Assembly: GCA_965153285.1 (NCBI GenBank)
Contig: OZ229111.1
Source of the DNA: Podarcis tiliguerta
Lineage: Eukaryota
Length of the DNA: 64,000 bases
Reading direction: 5' to 3' (one strand)
This document shows, one piece after another, positions 26,201 to 39,300 of the stretch (positions are counted from its first letter, which is position 1; each line of letters opens with the position of its first letter). The notes under the pieces are model-generated. The model was not told where the DNA came from. It did no database searches and saw only the letters and a program-made list of their open reading frames with translations. The translations under genes and the position numbers were made by a program.

Positions 26201-29200
26201 TACGGGGAAGGGCTGTAGCTCAATGGAAGAACATCTGCTTTGGTTGCAAATGATTGCAGTTCAGTCTCCAGACAAAACTGAAAATGTCCCTAGTCTGAAA
26301 CCTGGAGGATAGCTGCCAGTCAGAGTAGACAATGCTAAGCTAGAGGGACAAATGGTCTGATTTGGTATAAGATGGCTTCCTACATTCCTAACCCCAATAC
26401 ATATAGGACACTCCATTTCCTCCGGGCTTCGGTCCTGGGATCCCAGTGTCTTCCCCCATATTTTCACCAGTTCTCTCTGAGCTTGATCCACAACATTCTT
26501 CTGTTCGAGCTTTGACTCCCTCGGTATCCAACTCTGGTCTTTCCATGCAGGCTTTAAAGTCTTAGGTTTACTCTCACTGTATCAGTACTAAATTTTGGCA
26601 CATTTCCTCTATTTATATATTTCCTCCTCTTAAATTTCAATCCACCCACCCCTCACCTTACACACATGGTTCACTCTCTTAATAACCACCAGATACAGGC
26701 AGTCGCTCCTGTTTACCCAAATACACCTTAATAAATTTGATGCTGCTTGCCAAAAAAACCCCCAGGGTGATAATCTCAGGGTGATGCATCTCTTAAATTG
26801 GGGGGAGGAGAGGACCCTCACAGGAAGTGGCATGCAGACACAGACAAATCGCAAGATGCTGTGTGACCTGCACTAGCTCTTGAATGGTTAGTATCAAGCA
26901 GCCATGAAGATGTGCTACTGTGGATGCAGCCTTAGTCCTCTTCGCCTCCATAAACCTTAATAACACACCTGTGGCCAGCCACCATCTTCCAGATGGACAA
27001 CAAAGTTTTTTTGAAAAGCAAATGCTGCTGGAGAGGGTCATCTTGGCTCAGCCGCATCCTATACAGATAAGAAACGGAACAGATTTATTCCCATCAGGAA
27101 AAAGAAATTGGTGGGATGAAATGTGTTATTGGACCAGTGATGCAGCTAAGGTTTGTTAGCCCCCGATGGAAAAAGAAATTTGTACAACTTACCAATGAAA
27201 GTTAGTAAATGAAGGGGTTAAGGAACACAGAACTGTAAATTTCTAGAGAAGGCACAGCTCAGATACACCCCCTCACCTTCAAGGAGGAGGGAAGTCTTGT
27301 TTGTTCCCTGCTCCTCTCTCCCTCTTCTTTTTGAACCATGCAGCTGACCAGACACATGAGGCTGGCGCTCCCTGTCCAAATTCCATGCTTGAAGGTACCC
27401 TTTTCGTATTTTGTACTCAATAAGTTTTTACCTGTATTGTTTTTTCTGTAGCATTGATTGATGCATGAGTGTGACCTTTACTTAATATAAGTAAAGCATT
27501 TAAACTTATGAAGGTTTGTGCTCTATTAACTCTGAGAGTGGTAGAGACAGGGGAACGCAATTAGTACCCAGTGCTTAATACTGGGACATTTAAAGGTCTA
27601 ACAACCTATATTTGCCACGCTTTGCAAACACTGCATATATTTTAGTTTTAAACTCTGCTGGGGGCCCTTTTGACTACAGAGTGAGTCAGCCCCATGTTTT
27701 TTAAATTCAGGGAGTCAGCCGTTTTTTGTTTTCTTTTGTAGTTTCCCCCCCACATGGAATATCTGGATTAACTAGTATTCCCCAGTTATTTCCTAACAAA
27801 GAGTTCCCCGCGCCTCCTCTAGAGGGAGCTTTAGGCTGCAACCCTATATACCGTATTTTTTGCTCTATAAGACTCACTTTTTCCCTCCTAAAAAGTAAGG
27901 GGAAATGTGTGTGCGTTTTATGGAGCGAATGCAGGCTGCGCAGCTATCACAGAAGCCAGAACAGCAAGAGGTATTGCTGCTTTCACTGCTCAGCGATCCC
28001 TCTTGCTGTTCTGGCTTCTGAGATTCAGAATATTTTTTTCCTTGTTTTCCTCCTCCAAAAACTAGGTGCGTCTTGTGGTCTGGTGCGTCTTATAGAGCGA
28101 AAAATACGGTATAAGCTTAGCTGGGAGCCAGGCCCCCATAACTCAGTGGGGTTTACTTCTGAGTAGGCCTGTGCAGGAGTGCATGGAGAGATGACTGGCT
28201 ACCCTTAAAGTACTAAGCCTGAAGAGTAGGCATGATGCCATTTCTGAGCTTTGTGCCACCATTACTCACAAAGGCAAAGAAGCTGTGCTTGTGGTAGGAG
28301 AGCTCATCAAGGGTGTTCCATAGGGACTGGAGTCATCGTTGCTGTAACTCAGGTGGAAGTCACAATCTTTCCAGTCTTCAGCTTGTTCTTCAGCGCGTTC
28401 CGCAGCCACTTCCTGGTGAACACAAAATAGGCATGAGCTGAATTGGCAAAGTAACAAATGGAATATCAAACTCAGGGTCAGATGCCCACGATGGAAGATA
28501 CAAGGATTCTAACTGGGTGGATCCATCTTTTCTCCACCCCACCTGAAAACGCAGCTAAGCCCTCCCAAGCAACTTGTTCTCACTTTCCCCCTTCCCACCA
28601 ACAATCATGGCTAGCTCACAGGTTTCATCTTTCCCTTGGTGCTTATCAACTTTCACCTCACTGTGCTTCTCCTTTCCAAAGAATATGACCTCTATCCCAA
28701 AATGGGGAGATGAGGCACAGAGACAGAGACCTAAAACTCGGCTTGTGAGAGTTTCACCACTTACCTCTACGTTTTGTGGCACCCCATCCTTCAGCGTTCT
28801 CCAACTGAAGGAAGTATCATTTGTAAGCTCTAATGAGTAGTCATCTTCATCTGTTTCTCCTGCACTTTCCACAAGGCTATGCAGCATCTTCTTTTCCAAA
28901 TCCCCATCAGGATTGTCATCTTGAATCTGAGAGTCTCCTGACTCCTCACACAGATGCTGTTGCTCTTCCATTCCTTCTGCTTCCCAGTTCATAACTGGCA
29001 ACTCTTCTGAGACTTGAAATGCCAACTTTCCCCTTCCCTGGGAAGTAGCTCTCTTTTTCAGAACCTGAAGCTGACTTCCTTTAGCCACTTCCTCCTCTTG
29101 GTGGGTCACAGATCCCTTTATGTCTCCTTCATGATCCAGCAATCCCCTTCCAGGCAGCTCCCCAGCACTGCAAAGTGCCTGTGGACCCTGGGCCAGGTAT

Positions 29201-29928
29201 GTGCTGCCAATGCAAAGGGGCTCCATCAAATGTGTTACCTGGAAGAGAGGGTGACAGGCTAAACAGCTTAAGATCATTACAGAATTAGTGACATCACAGA
29301 ACTATATACAGATCTGTCCATTCAACACATCTTTTGTCCTAACGGGCATAGGATAGAGACGCAGCCAAAACACAGAATAACACTCCATGGGCATGTGAAT
29401 AGAAGTGCATCTGGGCAAAGACACCCTTCCACTTTTGAATTAGAGGGCAGGCACCAACCCTTGTCAACACATTTATCCTGAACCTCTATCTCTACCCAAC
29501 TGCATACAGAAATGGCCAGTCTGCCACGTTGGCTGGGAGCACTATTTTTTCAGCAGTCCCCTCTAATTGACAAGGTCACCCACCACCACCTCCGCCTTTT
29601 CCTCAACTGCACCCATCAGCAGCCATACCTCTGACAGGAACCTCAAGATAGCATCCTGCTTGTACCTCCCAGCCTCTTCTTGGTCCCCTCTGCCGGCACC
29701 TTCCCATGCCAGAGGACCACTCGTTCCCAGCTGACTCTCCTCCTCTTGGCTGCTGCTCTCCTCGACCTCCTCCTCAGCAGTTTCTTCCCCCTTTCTCCAG
29801 CAGCCTAGTTCCAGGTCAAGATCTGAGCTAGAGCCTGTGGAGCCCTGGGGAGACTGGCAGCTGCTGCTCTTCTCTGACTCCGTGAAGAATTCTTCTTTGG
29901 ACTCCAGCCAGGTCCACACGTGACCCAT
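23205..29928 (-). CDS. BRD8: BRD8 distal cassette encoding a second bromodomain (long-isoform C-terminus or separate BRD8-like unit), 7 exons, 437 aa from the ATG at 29928
   Basis: Exons 29928-29629 (MGHVWTWLESKEE...ILRFLSE), 29238-28765 (VTHLMEPLCIG...), 28412-28270, 27058-26969 (LSQDDPLQQHLLFKKTLLSIWKMVAGHR), 25856-25788 (YSGPFLKPVSEKQAPGYKDVVKR), 24308-24078 (PADLSSIKRSLSKGRIQ...QRDLMLMFQNAIMYN...) and 23211-23205 are all GT-AG and in frame. They match the C-terminal part of the human long BRD8 isoform. AATAAA (minus) at 22780-22785. The last 7-nt coding exon is the least certain; without that splice the frame stops at 24074. Confidence 0.85.
23315..23458 (+). mobile_element. tRNA-derived squamate SINE (Squam2-like), 5'-truncated
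   Basis: B box GGTTCAATCCC and 3' end CTGACTTGATATAAGGCAGTTTCCTATGTTCC, shared with the copies at 26204 and 30224. Confidence 0.65.
23509..23860 (+). mobile_element. Sauria SINE, full length
   Basis: tRNA-like head (A box GTGGCGCTGTGG, B box GGTTCGAATCC), typical body and (ACCTTT)n tail. GCCTTGCA occurs on both flanks (TSD-like). Confidence 0.88.
25170..25535 (-). mobile_element. Old L2-clade LINE reverse transcriptase fragment
   Basis: Translation VVERVVAGQLQAFLDDTEHLNPFQSGFRLGYGTES is typical of L2/CR1-group RT (QSGFR motif); the frame is degraded. Confidence 0.75.
26204..26390 (+). mobile_element. tRNA-derived squamate SINE (Squam2-like)
   Basis: GGGGAAGGGCTGTAGCTCAATGG head and GGTATAAGATGGCTTCCTACATTCCTA tail. 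Confidence 0.7.
27154..27603 (+). mobile_element. Probable solo LTR (450 bp)
   Basis: Inverted ends TGTTAG...CTAACA and an AGTAAA polyA-like signal near 27491 followed by a U5-like stretch. No clean TSD. Confidence 0.5.
27851..28109. mobile_element. Tc2-like MITE
   Basis: TA|CCGTATTTTTTGCTCTATAAGAC ... GTCTTATAGAGCGAAAAATACGG|TA. Confidence 0.85.
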
Positions 29929-30223
29929 CTACAAGAGGTACATGAGATGGGAAGAGGGTTTGTCACTCGCTCACGTGCTAGCTTCAGATCAGATCAGGTG
30001 TTGAGCAGGTAGTAAAGGAGCCAAGTTCAAACCCTGAAATACACAATCTATTGTGGTAATGCTCTCAGCTGTGACTTTAACCAAAAATTATCCCTAGCTT
30101 CTAATTGTCTATGTGGCCCTGCACATCTGCCAAGTCCCACAGCAATCCAAATGGTAAGCCAGGAGTGGGTTGCTGAAGCCTTGGGTTATATAACCAGCTT
30201 TGCTAGCAGTGGGGATTGGGAAC

Positions 30224-30425
30224 AGGGCAACCCAGAAGTGGCTCAATGGCAGAGCACCTGCTTTGCCTGCAGAAGGGACCAGGATCAAACCCTGCTATCT
30301 CCAAGTACAGGTAGGAATGTCCTTTGCCTGAAACCCTTAAGAGCCACTGCCAATCAACGCAGACTGTACTGATCTAGGTGGGCGAATTGTCTAGAATGGT
30401 ACAAGGCAGCTTCCAATGTTCCTGC
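30224..30425 (+). mobile_element. tRNA-derived squamate SINE (Squam2-like), diverged
   Basis: GTGGCTCAATGGCAGAGCACCTGCTTTGCCTGCAGAAGG head and AAGGCAGCTTCCAATGTTCC tail. Confidence 0.65.
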
Positions 30426-33048
30426 ATAATAGGTAAAGGAGGAGAGGTGGATTTCTCTCAATGCAAGGCGAATAGAAAAGGCAGATCCTTTCTAAGAACT
30501 ATAATCCGTTGATAGCACAATTTTGCAAAAGAGTTGGAAGCCACTGCCTTATTACAACCCAGTGTGTCTAGAAGTCAAGATCTCAAAATTTTATCTAGGT
30601 TTAAAGGAGATAAAGATGCTGCAGGTGAAAGTCATGAAAGCCTTCCGTTAACACCACCCTGGGGAAACTGTATTGCTTATGCTGGGATCACTTAACTGGT
30701 GATTATCCAGTTATTCTTTTGATTATCCCTGAAAGAGTCTTCAGGATGGAGAAAACCAGTAAGTCGTTTTTGCTGACAAAACCTGAGGATGTCTTAAAAC
30801 ATTATGACGGTTTCTTATTTTACTCTCATTGGTGACAATATAAATTTTAGTAGACATATGTTTTGGAGGAACACATTGAAGCGTTTGCTGAGATCTCATG
30901 GTCGAAAAAGTGGTGGAGAAGCTGAGGTTGAGGAGCCCTAGGTGGGTCCCCAGGGCTCTCTATCCAACTCTCAGGACTCTCCCCCAGCCACTTCCCCTCC
31001 TCAGCCCACATCCCTCATGTGTTTTCTGTTCCTACTCAGGCATTGCTGTTCCCATCTGCCCCACCCAGCCTTTCCCAGACTGTGACTTTGAGAACAGCAG
31101 CAGTTGGGAAGAGATGATTTCAGGGATATATGTGTAGGTGTAGTTTTATAATTTGTGTTTTTCAATTTGATCCTTTTACACGGTTTTGTATGTTTTATGG
31201 TTTTCATGCATTGTGATTTGCTGTTATTTTTATTGATTATAGATTGGTAAATTCTTTATTGTGGTACGTGTGAACTGTTTAGTTATTTGCCGTTGTTTAA
31301 TTTTACTGTGTATTATTAGATCTTGATTGTTGATTGTTGCTTTGTTTGATATAAGTTGTCTATTTTAAAGAAGTGATTTTTTTATATTGGATCAGATTGT
31401 TATTATTAACGTTTATTATGTGTTGGAAGCCGCCCAGACTGTCGTGATATAAATAAAATATTATATTATTTTCCTGTGCCCTCCTTGACTGCTTTTGCTG
31501 GGTTAAAATGTGTCTTGCTTGCTTGTATGGAGGACAGGTGTACTGTAGGTGTATAGAAACATCCACACAGTTGTAATGTCGCCTACTGTACAAAGGTGAA
31601 AAATCACATCCATTTCTCTGAGCACGTTTGTCTCTGGCTGCAGCCAACAATGACATGTTGCTCCCAGAAGGTATGAACCACAATGAAGGCCTCTGCACAC
31701 CAGCTGGCTGCCCCTATAAGACCTAAACAATCATAGTATCAAGTCTTTGGCGTCTCCAGTTTGAAAAGTGGGCAAGGGAGAAAGAGTTCTTAAGTAGCAG
31801 GGCTGGGAAGGGAAACCTATCCATGATATTGGATCAGGCATGGAGATCCTGTTGTTAGACTCCAACTTCTATCAACTGCAGTCAGTATGACCAATAATCA
31901 GAGCTGACAGGAGTTGAAGTTCAACATCATCTGGAAAGCCACAGGCTCCCCATCCCTGCCTTGCAAAGTCACTACCAATGAGCATAGCTGTGCGCAGCAC
32001 ATTTAATGAGGGTGTGTATGCAGGGTTTTTGAATTTTTTCCAAGGATGAATACTTATTGAATACATAATCATAAAGGACATTGTTTGATAAACTGAAGCA
32101 ACTAAAATGTAACTTTTTAAATTAACAACTAAACAAAAAATAACAATTTTTTGCTGCCGTGATAACAAAATGTCATGACCTTTAAACAGATGAGTTAAAC
32201 CAAATTGACCAAAACAGATTATACGGTAGTTTCATCATCTTCCTGTCCTAGGAAGGTGGCAAGTGGTGCCTGGAGGGAAACAGAGCCATGAAACAGACAC
32301 AGGCAAAAGAAAAAGGCTGCAGCTTCTGCCTGCATCTGTAAGCAATGGTGGGATACTTAGCTCCAGCAACAGTAAGAAGGAAACTGCAGGTCCTTTCTAG
32401 GCTTTTTATTCTGTCTCTCTGTCTGCTTCCCTCCTCCCCACTTCTGCCTTAGTCTCTCCCCCCATAGCCGCTTCCCTGTGGGTTGTGTCACCTGAGGCAG
32501 CCAGGCTGCTGCTCTGTGCTCTCTCCTCCTTGCTGTGACCTCATGTTTTGAAACCTTACGGTGTGTCTGGGCACACATAGCACACCTCTGCCAATGAAGA
32601 GACAGTAATGGACTACCACATGCCAGCAGAGGGCCATGGCCAACATTGATGTGACTATCCTGCACCCAGAGACAGGTAGAAACTCATCTATCACAGAACT
32701 GGGCTTGATAGACTAGCTCAAACTCCTCCAGAAAGGAAAATCCAATTGTTTCCTTTTGCTCTTCAGCAATTGATCTCCAAAGAGCAGAGGCAACTATTTT
32801 TTCAGCACCTGGGCTGGGAGGAGAGACTTCTCTTTATGACGGGGAGGAAGATGGGAGCTAGCAGACCTGTTTGAAATTGCTTGGCAGGTCTGATCTAGCT
32901 GATGGATTTGTCATTCTGGACTATGTAGTCAAAACATTGATTCACAGTATGTGTAGGTCTTTACAAACAAGTTTTTCTTAGAGAGGGTGGTAATGTAAAT
33001 AAATCAATGCAGCCAGCACACCTTGCTCTACAGGATTCTCTACTACAG

Positions 33049-33249
33049 TTTATTATACACATTTACACTCCACAAATACAAAAAATATGTACACTTCACA
33101 TTACAGTACGTACTAGCCACCAGTTGCTAGCTAATATGAGGACACTAATAGGACCCCAATACTGCTGCCCTACAACAGGCAGTGGGGCTGCTCTCTTGTT
33201 TCTGAGATTACCCTGGTTACACATTCCAGGATGATAGATATTCTTTATT
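33049..33249 (-). terminator. Candidate polyadenylation signals of the BRD8 short isoform
   Basis: AATAAA on the minus strand at 33244-33249 and 33049-33054, about 120 and 310 nt past the stop at 33365. Confidence 0.55.
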
Positions 33250-33364
33250 ATTGACAGGTCAGCCCTTCCCTGTCCATAGCCATTTTATCCTCAGGATCAG
33301 GAAGGTTCTCATTTTGCTTCCTGGGTCCAGACACCAAAGACTGGGCTGTTTCCTATCTTCAGCA

Positions 33365-36300
33365 TCATTTCTTCATCTTCATATCTGCTTCAATGGCACA
33401 GCGCCGCCCTCTGGTTCCCCCATCCTAATCAAAATGCAAAGAGAAGGGAAGGCACTGTTATTAGCAAGACTGTGACAAAAGGAAAGACTGCTGGGTGCCA
33501 TCTGTGTTGCCAGGAAAGACTGACTGCACAGACAGGCAGTGCCACTTGCCCTCCTAAAACACAGAGGACTACCTTATGAAACCAGCTACAGAGTTTACAT
33601 GTGAACTCAAAAGGGGAAAGGGGGAAATGGACTTTTGGCATTGGCATATGTGATGATGTATTTGCCCCATGTGAAAAGTGGCAAGTCATTTCTTTCAGTG
33701 GGCAGAAAGGATGCCGGCTAACATACCTGATCAACTGCTGCTCTTTACAGAAGTTCTCTTCCAGGTGGGTGACCCTGCCACTATCTCCCTAGCATGTCCT
33801 CACAGCGGCTCTCTGTGAATGTACGGAAGCTAGAGAGATCACTTCCATCTGCTGCCCACTCCATCTGGCTGCCTTTCCTCATGCTTCTCTGTCTTTAATA
33901 AATAGGCATTAGAAAACAATCCCTACCCGCATTCCCTTGGGTGGAGGATGAACCTGCCAAAACACATCTTTGGGCAGAACAGCAGCTTTCTTACTATAGG
34001 ACCATGGCTGCATCCATGGAAACAAAACACTGTATTTTAGTCTTCTTGCAATGCACACTGTCTAGAACTATCCCATAGTTTGGAGGCGGCTTCAACACAA
34101 ACTGTTGCAAGAAGTATGTATGAAACAGCAGCTCATATGTAACTAGATTTCTCTTTACAGCAGGGGAAGATGTTATTGAGACAACCCCTCCTGGGGATCT
34201 TTTCCTCTGCAATTCTCAGAATAATTTCACAATTTTATTGTTGCGTTATGTCTTACAGAAAGCTGCTCTGAGAGTCCTGTGAGCTATGAAGGCAGGAACC
34301 AAGCTTTAGATGTGAATAATTAAATCCAACATAGGGATGCAGAGAAAACAAGGGAAGAGCCACAAGCCAAGGATATTACTCTACAATGTGGACTTTAGTG
34401 CGTAACTTTACTCTCTAAGCAAGAGTTGCCTTTTTAAATGTAGAATCTTGTGATCTACCCAAAGCCAGAATGGAAGGAGACAGACTGAAGAAATGAAAGG
34501 AAGTGAGCAGCCTGCAGCCAGAAATAACAAAAAGTCCCCCACTTTCCCCCCAGACATCCAATCACGAAACAATACACTGAAGCAAAAGGGGGTAGAGACA
34601 TTTCTTATGTTTCAGCAACCCAGACATACCATAGTCTGATTGTAATTTTAGAAAGCCCCTCATCATGCAGACAATGTCCCCATATTGTTATTGTGCTGCT
34701 GAAAGCGTAATCATTAAGTACTTACAAAGAGAGAAAGGAGGAAGGCAGGGGAGCCCATGGGGACACTGTCCTGTTAAAAGACAAACAGAAGTAGCAAATG
34801 AATTTGATGGAAATATACACATCTACACACAGGAAGACAAGACAACGTGGCAGTCTAAACCACTGTTTCTCAAACCATGGTCTGGGACCCACCAGAGGGC
34901 CTTGGGCCACTTTCCAGCATCCTCAGGGCCACAGCCTCCCCTGTGCTTCCTCACTTGCCTCCCTGCCTCCTAACTGGACTGTAGCCTTTTGGCTGGACCA
35001 AAGACAGCACCAGCAAATTCTAATCATAACGCAGGAAAGTTCAGGTGGGGAGGAGGTAAAGAAGGCCTCCCTCCTCTCAGGGAAAAGGGACAGAAGAGGT
35101 GCTGAAGAAAGTTAGAAAGTAAGATAAAATATTAATATGTGTTGTTGTTGTTGTTATTGATACTAATAAGAAAATAAACAAACTGGGAACAAAAAAGAAG
35201 GGTCTAAGAAAGGAAAGCTATTATAGGAAAAAGTGAATGTAAAAGGACCAGAGAAGAGGAATGAAACAGGCAGTTTGAGTTGGTTGGTGGGTGGGGAAGT
35301 AAGTACAAGTTGAGTGTGAAAGGAGAATAAGAAGAGATGGGTAATACTGCTTTAAAATGCAGGTGCAGGTGGAAAGGGAAAAATATAAAAGAAAAAGACT
35401 TCTCCACTTAGAATATGTGAATCTGGCTTAACATGGGAAAGCAGCCACAATACTTGCAGACTAATGTTTGCACTTAGCTTGAGGAAAGGTGAGCTATGGA
35501 ACAAGGACAGCAATTTGCTAGCCAATTATGGCAAGCTCTTCCTCCCTCTGCCACTACCTTCTGACTGGTTCACCTCAATAACGTTCAATCATCTCAAATT
35601 GGTGCTGGGGGTAGAAAGTTTGAGAACCCCTGGTCTAAACCAAAAAAGCATGTCTCGATTGGGCTCCTGACTTCAAGTGACTTCTCTGTCTCTAACCCAC
35701 CACTCAGGTAACAGAATAGAGCTGCTCTTCACACACTGAAATGCCAGCCCTCCTCATCTGGTAGCAATCCTCAACTTCAAGGACAAATTAATTTTTCAGT
35801 GTACTAGATATTGAAAAATGCAGGATATGGGGGCAAGGGAGAGGGGCTGCCACAGCCATCTTTGTTACTAATTAAACCGAAAGGGTAAGCCCACTTCTAT
35901 TCCGAAAGAGACTTCTAAATGAAGGATTCCAAAGCTTCTCTACTCCCCTCAAATGGATGCATCTATCAAATGGCTGAAACAACTTCCCCCAAACAAATCA
36001 AAGGTTCTTGTTAGCCCCCACCTTCTCTGAAGCATCTTGTTTCCGAGTGGAATCTCGTCCACGCAGACTTTTTGCACTGATCCCAGACTCAGACGTCTGC
36101 ATGATCAACTGTGTGGCTAGAAATTGCTGCAAGAAACCACATAATAGCTATTAAGGTTCTCAACATGAATGCAAGTTTAGTGGCTTGCTACAGAAACAAT
36201 GGAGGTAACTTCAATTTACTGGTTTGTTTCTAAGCCTGCATTCCTTTTGATTGATCGTAGGAATGGTAAATCATGCAGGGATGGTCAGACACCAGGTTTA

Positions 36301-39300
36301 ACCTCCAAGAGGATCTTAAAAGCTAATGAGACAATAAAGATCTTCCCTAGTGTACTCAGTGCTTCCCATACAACATCCGGATAGGAACAGTGCCCCACTG
36401 AAAACTTCCGACTGTGGCTTTACCTGAATCTGCTCCAAGACATCTCGCTGCATTTCCACAGCCATGTGGTATACATCATGGTCAGAGCTGTTGTACATGA
36501 CAGCATTTTGGAACATCAGCATGATATCACGTTGGAACTCTGCTGTGGTCCGGATTAGCCCATTCTCAATATTCTTCTTAATGGTTGATAAATCCATTGG
36601 CCTGTCAATAAAACACCAGACAAACGTTACCAAAGGAATTAAATTTATTAATACAATCTAAAAATATATTTAAAAAGAACTAAACTAGCTGTTCTCCCCA
36701 CTTCTGCCAAGAATCTGATCATTGTACCTGATCAACTTTATTAATGCTAGATTGAAGAGACTGTCCCAGGTAAATGCTGGCAGTGTCTGAAATCTGCAGG
36801 CTGACTAACGCCCAGGACAGATCTGTGACAGATGGCATCAACACTAATTCAAAAACTGGTGACTCACCTCTGTACAATACTGTGGTAACCTGGAGCTATA
36901 TCATCGGTCACGGGCTGCAAGAAGACATTGGCATACCTGTGCAACAAAAAATGTGTAAGAGAGTAACACAGGACTAGCTACTGAAAGTCTGAGTACATAC
37001 AAGGTCAGTGGAAGTAACACAACTTCCATATGCAGAAGTACAGAACTGTTTCTCAACATTCTCTCCACTCATTTGCTCAATATGCTATAGCCAAGAGAAT
37101 TCTACACCTGAAAATCCACCTTCTATGACTGGAGATACACAAAGAGGAAACTACATACCAGTGTTATATATGCATATTTTTGTACCAGTTCCATCAAACT
37201 GGCAAAGTGTAGTTGGGACTTGAGAAATATGCACATAGAGCAGTAGCAGATATGCAGGCAGATGGATGAACTGTGAATTGCACCACACAAAGATATGACA
37301 CCCGCTGAACATAGAAGATAGGCTACCAGAATTCTGCTGCAGATGCCCATGTGGTAAGATCACTCAATACCTTTTCAGTTTGCTCCCATAGCCATCAGTA
37401 CCTGGCATGTTCTGAGAGTTTATGTTTCAATTTGACAGCTTAGTTTTTCAAAATTTCATGGCGTTTGCCAGGTTTTGTACTAAAGGCTCACATGGAAATG
37501 CCTAGAGTTGCAACATTTAATTGGTTAAAAGTTTTAAAATATATTAATCTAAGCAATTAATCAACTAAAAAGATGCCCAATTAATCAGGCAGATTTTTTA
37601 AAAATTAAGTGCAAGTACTTCTAAGGACTGCAGATGGCAAACACCCTATTAAGAAGAGGCATTCCCCTTTCTCTCTCACACAAGGAAATGCCTCTTCTAG
37701 AACGAATGTTAGTATAACAGACACATACAGCAGTCTCTCCTCTTCCTACATCGGGGGTAGGGAACTGCCAGGCCATTTCTCCCAAACCATGGCCACCCAC
37801 ACACCCATCAGCTGACATCAGTTGATGAGTGGGAGGACAGGGTCTAATCCTGCATTGGCTACGCATTCCCAGCAGGGAACTAGTCCATGCAGTCAAGGCA
37901 GCAGTTTAATCCCAAGTTACTTCAAAGACTTTAGTATAGGTCCTGCACTCCCATTTGTGGCTCCAGTGACTCAAACAGGAACGTGGGTGCTGTTTTAAGG
38001 CCTTCTGCAAGTCTATCTCCACCCTTTTTAAGTCCCCGATCTTGGAGGCTTGAATGGGAACTGCAGAGAGACTTGGAAAAGGGTTTCTGAGTCTCCTCCT
38101 GCTCCCATTTTAAGCCTCTGCAATCAGTAGCTGAAAAAGGGGGAGTGCAAAAAGGTTCCCCATTCCTGTTCTACATACTTGGACACTGGATTCAAGTTGA
38201 TTTACCTGTGATTGGCTGCTGCTCTCCAAACTAACATAATAGCCTTTTTCCAGATCTTCTGGGCCTGAATAGCCTCCTGATCCTCACTGCAAACAGAGCT
38301 GAAGAGGAAAAGGCATCTATTAGAAAAGGACACCCAAAGGCTCCTAAAGCAAAGCAGACAGATTATGGCCTAGCAACTAACCACGATCTCCAACATCCAT
38401 CCCCTCCTACTTCAAATTTATCTAAGTTAACAAAAAAGAAAAAAAGAAATGTTTGCTGGTCTCCTAGCAAGCAAAAGTCTAACCTTGAGGCTTCCTCCAT
38501 ACAGCCAAGAAGTAGTACAAGAAGAAGAAGAAGAAGGTGACTATAACATTGCATGGGTCTCAGCTAATTCACACTACATACCACTGTACAAAGGGACAAA
38601 GTTAGTCTCAACTTTCAGCAGGCTAGTTGCATGTTCTGGGCTATCTAGTGAGTAGTAGTAGGTTCACCAATACTCACAACTGTGAGGAGGCGGGGCTGCT
38701 GGGAATGGAATCAGCCAAAGTGTGAGACTGCAAAGGCGCATTATGGATACTGAAGCCATCATCACTCTCACTCACAGGGGGCTCATTGTCCATTTCAGAG
38801 AGGTATCCCTCACCCTGATCTTCCTCTTTGGGCTCTTCCAGACTGGCAGCCTCACTGGCACCATCCTCCTCATCCTCTTCACCCTTAGATACAAGATTAA
38901 GATTCCAGCAAATCAAGTAGCACAACTAAGGTGCAGCTGCCAATAACAGCATCTGCACCAGCTGCCAAAGAAGACAGCAGAGGAAAAGGAAAAGCTATAT
39001 GAACAAACATCTGCTCCTAGCATACTAGGGAGGCATGATTAGGGAGAATGCCTTTCAACTAACTTCCCCACATGAGTCTATCTGCTTGCTGAGATTTACA
39101 GAAGGGACCCTGTCCCACTTCCCCCACCCCAAGTCACAGGGCCTTCACAGAAGTGGCACCTCTATCAAAAGCCAGGTGTTTTTTCCTCCCTCTCCTACTT
39201 TTGAAGGATGGCAAAGCCCACTCTTCTCCATCAAGACTTTTTCAACAATTGAGGTTTTCAGCTTCTGCTACCTTCCCCTTGATTTCTGTAATTTTATGCC

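Noticed and set aside
30440-30900. Segment faintly like an L1 ORF1 C-terminus (YPVILLII...TKPEDVLK)
   Set aside because: Too degraded and frameshifted to support without a profile search.
34889-34900. CTCF-like CCACCAGAGGGC
   Set aside because: It lies in what looks like a decayed DNA-transposon end and has no other support.
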